DNA of 64,000 nt, taken from the NCBI GenBank assembly GCA_028339975.1, contig JAOLDG010000008.1, forward strand, positions 2,154 to 66,153, written 5' to 3'. This DNA is from Hyphomicrobiales bacterium. GTDB lineage: Bacteria > Pseudomonadota > Alphaproteobacteria > MED-G09. Below the pieces are notes generated by a model. It was given only the letters and a program-made list of their open reading frames with translations, was not told the DNA's origin and did not search any database. Shown here piece by piece: positions 58,233 to 64,000 of this stretch. Position 1 is the first letter of the stretch; each line of letters begins with the position of its first letter. The position numbers were made by a program, and so were the translations under genes.

Positions 58233-59471
58233 ATGTCTTTAACAGTAAAAATTATCACAGGTATGATTTTAGGTTTTTTAACTGGATTATTGATAAATGT
58301 TCTTTCGTTAAATAGTAATGAAATGATCAATATATATTTAGTTAATGGTTTGTTTGATACTATTGGTTCAATTTTTATTTCATCTTTAAAGCTAATGGTT
58401 GTTCCTCTTGTCTTTTTTTCACTATCAACAGGGGTTGCGTCTTTTGACAAAGATAAAAAATTATCAGTAATAGCTTTAAAAACGATTTCTCTTTATTTGC
58501 TGACAACAGCTATAGCTATATCCCTGGGCTTATTTATTGCAATTTTATTCTCACCTGGTGAAGGCTTAAATTTAACATCATCTGCTGAGTATATCGCACC
58601 TTCTCCTCCAGGAATTAAATCAGTTATTATTGATATATTTCCAACAAATCCTATTTCCGCGATGGCTGAAGGTAAAATGCTTCAAATAATTATATTTTCT
58701 ATATTTTTTGGTGTCGCACTAAGGTCAATTAAGGATAAAAACTCAGAACTCGTTAAAATAATGGAGAGCACAACCAATGTAGTAATGAAGATGGTATTTA
58801 TTTTAATAAACTTAGCTCCTTTTGGCGTTTATTGTTTAATGGCAAATTTATTTGCTACTCAAGGAATAGGTATTGTGGGAAATTTATTTCAATATTTTTT
58901 ACTTGTTGTTTTTGTTTTAATTATTCATGGTTTTGTTGTTTATCCTGCATTGTTATATTCTTTTACAAAAATAAAACCTTTTGGGTTTTATAAAAAATTA
59001 CGTCCAGTTATGCTGTTTGCTTTTTCAACATCGTCTTCAAATGCAACAATGCCCGTTACCTTAAAAACAGTTACGCAAGATTTAGGTGTAAATCCAAAAA
59101 TTGCTTCTTTTACGATACCTTTAGGGGCAACAGTCAATATGGATGGAACAGCTATAATGCAAGGTGTTGCAACTATTTTTATTGCTAATGCTTATAATAT
59201 TGATTTATCAACTATTGATTATTTAATGGTCATACTAACAGCCACAATGGCATCTATTGGAACCGCTGGAGTGCCAGGTGTTGGTTTAATAATGCTAGCG
59301 ATGGTTTTATCACAGGTTGGACTTCCAACAGAGGGTATTGCTTTAATATTGGGTGTTGATAGACTCCTTGATATGATTAGAACTGTTGTAAATGTTACTG
59401 GGGATAGTACCGTCTCAACTATAGTGGCGCATTCAGAGGGTGCTTTAGATAATAATAAAAATAATAATTAA
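58233..59471 (+). CDS. dicarboxylate/amino acid:cation symporter
   Basis: FSTSSSNATMP, GATVNMDG, GTAGVPG, DMIRTVVNV.GD motifs. Confidence 0.94.
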   Translation: MSLTVKIITGMILGFLTGLLINVLSLNSNEMINIYLVNGLFDTIGSIFISSLKLMVVPLVFFSLSTGVASFDKDKKLSVIALKTISLYLLTTAIAISLGLFIAILFSPGEGLNLTSSAEYIAPSPPGIKSVIIDIFPTNPISAMAEGKMLQIIIFSIFFGVALRSIKDKNSELVKIMESTTNVVMKMVFILINLAPFGVYCLMANLFATQGIGIVGNLFQYFLLVVFVLIIHGFVVYPALLYSFTKIKPFGFYKKLRPVMLFAFSTSSSNATMPVTLKTVTQDLGVNPKIASFTIPLGATVNMDGTAIMQGVATIFIANAYNIDLSTIDYLMVILTATMASIGTAGVPGVGLIMLAMVLSQVGLPTEGIALILGVDRLLDMIRTVVNVTGDSTVSTIVAHSEGALDNNKNNN

Positions 59472-59495
59472 TTTATTTAAATAAAGGAGAAGTAA

Positions 59496-60545
59496 ATGAA
59501 AAGTGAAGCAATTGTTGAGTTTGGAAAACCTCTTAAAACTATCGAAAGCGAAACACCTAAGCCTAAGGGTAAAGAGGTTTTATTAAAAATCACATATAGC
59601 GGTGTCTGTCATTCAGATGTCCATCTTCATGATGGTTATTTTGATCTTGGTGGTGGAAATCAATTACCTGTTGGTGCGGCAATGAATTTACCACATACAC
59701 TTGGACATGAGATTGAAGGAGAGGTTGTAAGTGTTGGGCCTGATGTGTCTGATGTAGAGATTGGATCAAGTGTTGTTGCTTATCCATGGATAGGTTGTGG
59801 GGAATGTTCTACCTGCGAAACAGGTGATGAACATTATTGTAATGCACCTCAGCAATTAGGTATTCAACTACCTGGAGGTTTTTCCGACTTTTGTTTAATT
59901 CCTGATTCAAAGTATCTTCTAGATTATACAGGTATAAGACCAGGCTTAGCGGCAACTTATATGTGCTCTGGCTTAACAGCATTTGGTGCTTTAAAAAAAT
60001 TAGTAAATGTAAATGCTGACGATCATATTCTTATAATGGGATTGGGTGGAGTTGGCATGATGGGTCTTCAATTTGCAAGATCACTGTTTAATTGCAAAAT
60101 TTTAGCAGCAGATATTGACCCCAATAAACTTCAGGCAGCACAAGGAGCTGGTGCGGATGAAGTCTACGACACATCTGATGAGTTATCATTATTAAAACTA
60201 ATAGAAGATACCAAGGGCGGTGTTAAGGCAGCTGTAGATTTTGTTGGTGCAGAAAAAACACTTAAATATTCAATGGATTCAACAAAAAAAGGTGGTCAGA
60301 TTATTGTTGTTGGTCTTTTTGGCGGAGCATTTCAGATGCCTATACCGATGTTTCCTCTTTCAGCTAAAAGTATTGGTGGAAGTTTTGTTGGCAATCTCGA
60401 TGAAACAAAAGAAATGTTGGAGTTAGTAAAATCAGGTAAGGTTGACCCTATACCCGTAGCAAATCGTGAAATGAATCAAGCATCACAAACTCTTGATGAT
60501 TTAAGGGAAGGTGCAATTACAGGTAGGGTTGTTCTACAACCTTAA
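59496..60545 (+). CDS. zinc-dependent alcohol dehydrogenase
   Basis: GVCHSD, GHE, CGECSTC..C, GLGGVG motifs. Confidence 0.93.
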   Translation: MKSEAIVEFGKPLKTIESETPKPKGKEVLLKITYSGVCHSDVHLHDGYFDLGGGNQLPVGAAMNLPHTLGHEIEGEVVSVGPDVSDVEIGSSVVAYPWIGCGECSTCETGDEHYCNAPQQLGIQLPGGFSDFCLIPDSKYLLDYTGIRPGLAATYMCSGLTAFGALKKLVNVNADDHILIMGLGGVGMMGLQFARSLFNCKILAADIDPNKLQAAQGAGADEVYDTSDELSLLKLIEDTKGGVKAAVDFVGAEKTLKYSMDSTKKGGQIIVVGLFGGAFQMPIPMFPLSAKSIGGSFVGNLDETKEMLELVKSGKVDPIPVANREMNQASQTLDDLREGAITGRVVLQP

Positions 60546-60580
60546 TATTTTAAATTAAATAATCTTGAGGGAGAATAATT

Positions 60581-61351
60581 ATGAATACCTGGAAGCATAT
60601 ATCGCCAAAAGACTATGACTGGAGTCTCTTTGGAGATAAAAACGGTCGAGAAACATCGATGGTAAAAACCTTTTTCGAAGGAAACCAATTTATTTGGGAA
60701 GCCTCTCTAAAACCTAACTATTTAGCAGAATCACACTGGCACCCATATGATATCGTACAGATATTTCTTGAGGGAGAATTTATATCTGAAGAAGAAGGAT
60801 CGTTTTTTCCTGGGGATGTTAGATGGGTAAAGGCTGGAAAGTCGACAATTGAAAGTGCTGGAAGTGAAGGATCTAGATTCTACTTAATAGCATTGGGCGG
60901 AAATATACCTTTAATGTGGGACGATCTATACGAAGTTCCCGATGATCTGAAAAATCAATTAACAGAAAGAGGCAGCCCAGTTGGAAATGCCAATATTAAT
61001 AAGCTTCCATTTATTCCCTTTGAGGATGAAAATGGTCGGCCTACTCAACCAGTACAGATAATATGTGATGAGTCCCCTTATATTGTAAGGACAACCTTTG
61101 AACCCGGATATTCAGCATCAGATCACTGGCATAAGTATGATACAATGTATTTTATAATGGATGGAGAAATGTCTTTCAGCAAAGATGAGCCGTTATATAA
61201 AAAGGGAGATATTAGAGTTGTTAAGGGTGGCTATTCTTATGGTCCAGAAAAGCCAGGAAAAGATGGAGTAACATTTATATTAATTTCCAACGGAGGACCC
61301 ATAGACTTAAATTGGTCAGATATTAAAAAACCACCTGTAATGCAACTTTAA
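60581..61351 (+). CDS. bicupin protein
   Basis: Two HWH.YD...GE...GD.R.VK.G cupin repeats. Confidence 0.7.
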   Translation: MNTWKHISPKDYDWSLFGDKNGRETSMVKTFFEGNQFIWEASLKPNYLAESHWHPYDIVQIFLEGEFISEEEGSFFPGDVRWVKAGKSTIESAGSEGSRFYLIALGGNIPLMWDDLYEVPDDLKNQLTERGSPVGNANINKLPFIPFEDENGRPTQPVQIICDESPYIVRTTFEPGYSASDHWHKYDTMYFIMDGEMSFSKDEPLYKKGDIRVVKGGYSYGPEKPGKDGVTFILISNGGPIDLNWSDIKKPPVMQL

Positions 61352-61364
61352 TATAGCATTTATT

Positions 61365-62639
61365 TTATTTTTTTCCAGCAAACCAGAACATTGGAATAGA
61401 TAAAGATGATATTAAGGTAAAAAATAATAGTGTTTTTGTATAAGGCTCTGAAATAGGAACCAAGGCATTCTCATTATACATGATTAATGTATCTAAAATA
61501 ATTCCAGTTCCAGTTGTTCCTATAAACATTCCAATCATATTTAAATTTAAAATAAAGAAAGCGATTACTGTAGCCTTCATATGCGAGGGTGCTAACTCTT
61601 GAACGGTTGCAAAAATAGGTCCATAAACTGCTCCTAATTGGAAAGATCCAGCCATCATTGCAATCCAAAATATATAGGTATCAGGCGAAACAATTCGACC
61701 CAAAATATTTAATGGGAGTAATAAAAGCATCACCCAAAATAAAAACATTGGCCTCCCAAGATTAAATTTCTTTGAAAACCAATCCGATCCTAATCCACCA
61801 AATAAGTTACCCAAAATACCAAATACTACAACAATATAACCTGTGTATTGAGCAATTTCGGCTTTATCAAAACCACGCTCTTTAACATACCAAACTTGAT
61901 CATAAACGGCTGCACCCAATACAAAGTGATAAATAACACCGCCATATATGCATAATGTTAAAGGTTTGGAATCTTTAAGGGCTTTAATTAAATCATTTTT
62001 AATTAATCGAAGATCAATTTTTTTCTTTTCACTATTATTTATTTTAATGGATCTAGGGGTTTCCTTAATAAAAAACATTATTAATGATAAAATTACTCCT
62101 AGGCCTCCAAGTATATAAAAGCACATTCTCCAACCAATAATTGGACCTAAGGAACCGGCTATTATCAAACTAAGACCAGCACCAATAGGTATACCCATGT
62201 AATAAGCGCCAGTAACAAAGCCCATTTTACTCTGAGGAAATCTATCTCCAAGTATTGATATTGATGTGGGAGTTAAAATTGACTCACCAACACCAATGAA
62301 CATTCTAGGAAGTAAAAGACCGGTAAATCCCTTTGCTGCTCCTGATAATGCGGTTAAAAAGCTCCACAGAGCTACACCAATAGCAATTAATCTTGGTCGA
62401 TGGACTTTATCAGCTAAAATACCCATAAAAAGACCCATAATTGAATAAAAAAATAGAAACCCAAATCCTGTTAGAATCCCAAATTGGGTATTTGAAAGAG
62501 AAAGGTCAGGGATTATAAAGTTTGCAAAGCTTGCTAATAACTGTCTATCAACGAAATTCATTACATTTAGTAATATTAAAAATACTAAAAATATATAATG
62601 TCTGGATTCAGTTTTTTCTTTTTCTTTTTTATCTATCAT
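61365..62639 (-). CDS. MFS transporter (spinster-like)
   Basis: NFVDRQ, G.LADK..R, R..IGVGES motifs; many hydrophobic helices. Confidence 0.9.
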   Translation of the reverse strand: MIDKKEKEKTESRHYIFLVFLILLNVMNFVDRQLLASFANFIIPDLSLSNTQFGILTGFGFLFFYSIMGLFMGILADKVHRPRLIAIGVALWSFLTALSGAAKGFTGLLLPRMFIGVGESILTPTSISILGDRFPQSKMGFVTGAYYMGIPIGAGLSLIIAGSLGPIIGWRMCFYILGGLGVILSLIMFFIKETPRSIKINNSEKKKIDLRLIKNDLIKALKDSKPLTLCIYGGVIYHFVLGAAVYDQVWYVKERGFDKAEIAQYTGYIVVVFGILGNLFGGLGSDWFSKKFNLGRPMFLFWVMLLLLPLNILGRIVSPDTYIFWIAMMAGSFQLGAVYGPIFATVQELAPSHMKATVIAFFILNLNMIGMFIGTTGTGIILDTLIMYNENALVPISEPYTKTLLFFTLISSLSIPMFWFAGKK

Positions 62640-62708
62640 ATTAAATTATAAATTGTATGATAAAGACATAACATTATTTTATAAATTTAACTAAATTAAG
62701 ATGAAAAA

Positions 62709-63032
62709 ATGAAAAAAGCTTACGTACTTATTTTGATATTTACTTTTATTTCCCCATTTAATCTCGCACTTTCCAGTGAGAGAGAGTGTTTTGATACTAA
62801 GGATATTGAGAATATTAAATTCAAAAAAGATTATTTATTATTCAAAAATAGAAAAAATTTGAACTATTCAGTAACTTGCAAGGGTAATCGACATTTAACA
62901 TTTCAAAGTCCTTTAATTATTGAACCTCAGAAAATGGGTTATAAAATTTGTTCAAATGATGTTTTAAAGCTCAAAGAATACTCATGCTTTATCGATGAGA
63001 TTAAATTAATCGTCGATGAAAATAAAGATTAA
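62709..63032 (+). CDS. hypothetical exported Cys-containing protein
   Basis: Signal peptide; four Cys (CF, C, ICS.D, C.I..I). Confidence 0.65.
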   Translation: MKKAYVLILIFTFISPFNLALSSERECFDTKDIENIKFKKDYLLFKNRKNLNYSVTCKGNRHLTFQSPLIIEPQKMGYKICSNDVLKLKEYSCFIDEIKLIVDENKD

Positions 63033-63199
63033 TTATATATTTCAATTACTAATTTACTTATATTAATTTAGTTAAATTAAAAAAAATGAAAAAAATTCTT
63101 ATACTATTAACTGTAATATTATTATTTATAATTTTTTTATTAGGTTTTCTTGTGATGATAAATAAAATCCTATTATTTTTTTATGGTTTTTAAAAAATA

Positions 63200-63505
63200 C
63201 TAATCATCGTCAAGATCGAATATCTCTAAATTATCAAGTTCTTCATTCCATCCAGGAGTAAGGTAATTATCAATCTTTATAGCCTTCTTTATCTCAGGAT
63301 CACTTTTATCTAACTCATCCAAATAAAGATCAACTTCAGCCTTGCCTTTGCTTATTTCTTCCTCGGTAAGATTTTCAGAAAAACTTTCTGCTAGATATAG
63401 AGCCTCATTTGATTCCTCTTTGGTTGGAGCTGTTATATGAAGAACAAGAGCATTTTTAAAGGCTTCATAAAAATTTTCAGGCTCTTTCGTGGTATCAATA
63501 GTCAT
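63200..63505 (-). CDS. hypothetical protein
   Basis: 101-aa ORF with AL.L.ITAPT.E motif; operon with upstream ORFs. Confidence 0.7.
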   Translation of the reverse strand: MTIDTTKEPENFYEAFKNALVLHITAPTKEESNEALYLAESFSENLTEEEISKGKAEVDLYLDELDKSDPEIKKAIKIDNYLTPGWNEELDNLEIFDLDDD

Positions 63506-63664
63506 TTAAAAACTCTTATTCTTAAAATTTTTATTTCTCAATTCAACTTCAACTTCTTGCTTGGCTTTATCGATTTCTTGTTTTGTTAATTTATTTATAT
63601 AAAAAGAACCATTTTCACCAGTCAATAAAGCTGATTTATAAAAATTATAGTTTTTTTTACTCAT
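63506..63664 (-). CDS. small protein (52 aa, absent from ORF track), partial paralog of 63200-63505
   Basis: MSKKNYNFYKSALLTGENGSFYINKLTKQEIDKAKQEVEVELRNKNFKNKSF; stop abuts the next ATG. Confidence 0.55.
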   Translation of the reverse strand: MSKKNYNFYKSALLTGENGSFYINKLTKQEIDKAKQEVEVELRNKNFKNKSF

Positions 63665-63669
63665 TTAAA

Positions 63670-63966
63670 CTAACTGTCACCCTCTTTTATAAAAATTCCA
63701 TCAACCATTCGCCCCTTCCTGTCCTTAATATCGTTATATGCTGTAGAGAGACACTCCTCCATACTGACGCCCTGCCTTTCCATGATATTAAGCATTACAA
63801 CCATCATATCCCCTAGGTCATCCTTCACATCCTTTCCCTTGCAAACACTATCACTTAGCTCTCCAAGCTCTTGTATTAGCTTTAAAACCTGATCTTTGTC
63901 TGAACTTCCATCTATAAGATTTCTATCATGATGCCATTGAACAATTAAATTAGTTAGCTCTTCCAT
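63670..63966 (-). CDS. MazG-like nucleotide pyrophosphohydrolase (single domain)
   Basis: KLIQELGEL...DDLGD, AYNDIKDRKG...G.F.KE motifs; AAGGAG RBS. Confidence 0.88.
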   Translation of the reverse strand: MEELTNLIVQWHHDRNLIDGSSDKDQVLKLIQELGELSDSVCKGKDVKDDLGDMMVVMLNIMERQGVSMEECLSTAYNDIKDRKGRMVDGIFIKEGDS

Positions 63967-64000
63967 ATTATCTCCTTAATTTACTCAACAATGTCTAAAA

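Noticed and set aside
442..63816. Numerous 60-130 aa antisense or off-frame ORFs in the track (e.g. 442-744, 19647-20045, 25187-25582, 30365-30718, 63583-63816)
   Set aside because: They shadow well-supported genes and lack recognisable motifs
1..64000. CRISPR array, rRNA or IS transposase
   Set aside because: No regularly spaced repeats, rRNA-like sequence or transposase motifs seen by eye

Overview
AT-rich chromosomal segment, probably from a streamlined marine alphaproteobacterium (inferred from DUF502-recG-sdhE-mfd synteny, an NDUFS4-like ETC complex I subunit, glmU-glmS and tatD-MBL). Most of the window is housekeeping and catabolic genes. The main feature is an 8.3-kb element integrated in tRNA-Arg(TCT) at 6768-6844 and bounded by perfect 51-bp att repeats (6800-6850 and 15114-15164). 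It encodes an atypical 714-aa tyrosine integrase, an AlpA-like protein, a DUF1376-like initiator with iteron-like repeats, a fused HK97 prohead protease-major capsid protein and an unlisted 51-aa capsid-linked ORF. No terminase, portal, tail, lysis or repressor gene is recognisable, so it looks like a minimal capsid-only phage satellite. The capsid operon is flanked by two candidate structured RNAs: a multibranch 5' leader with a pseudoknot, and a 3' double hairpin whose mismatches are G:U pairs on the minus strand. A third, diverged att copy (16582-16627) with a compensatory T-stem change delimits an older 1.5-kb islet carrying a cytidylyltransferase and a CDP-alcohol transferase. All calls come from reading motifs by eye; no database searches were run.
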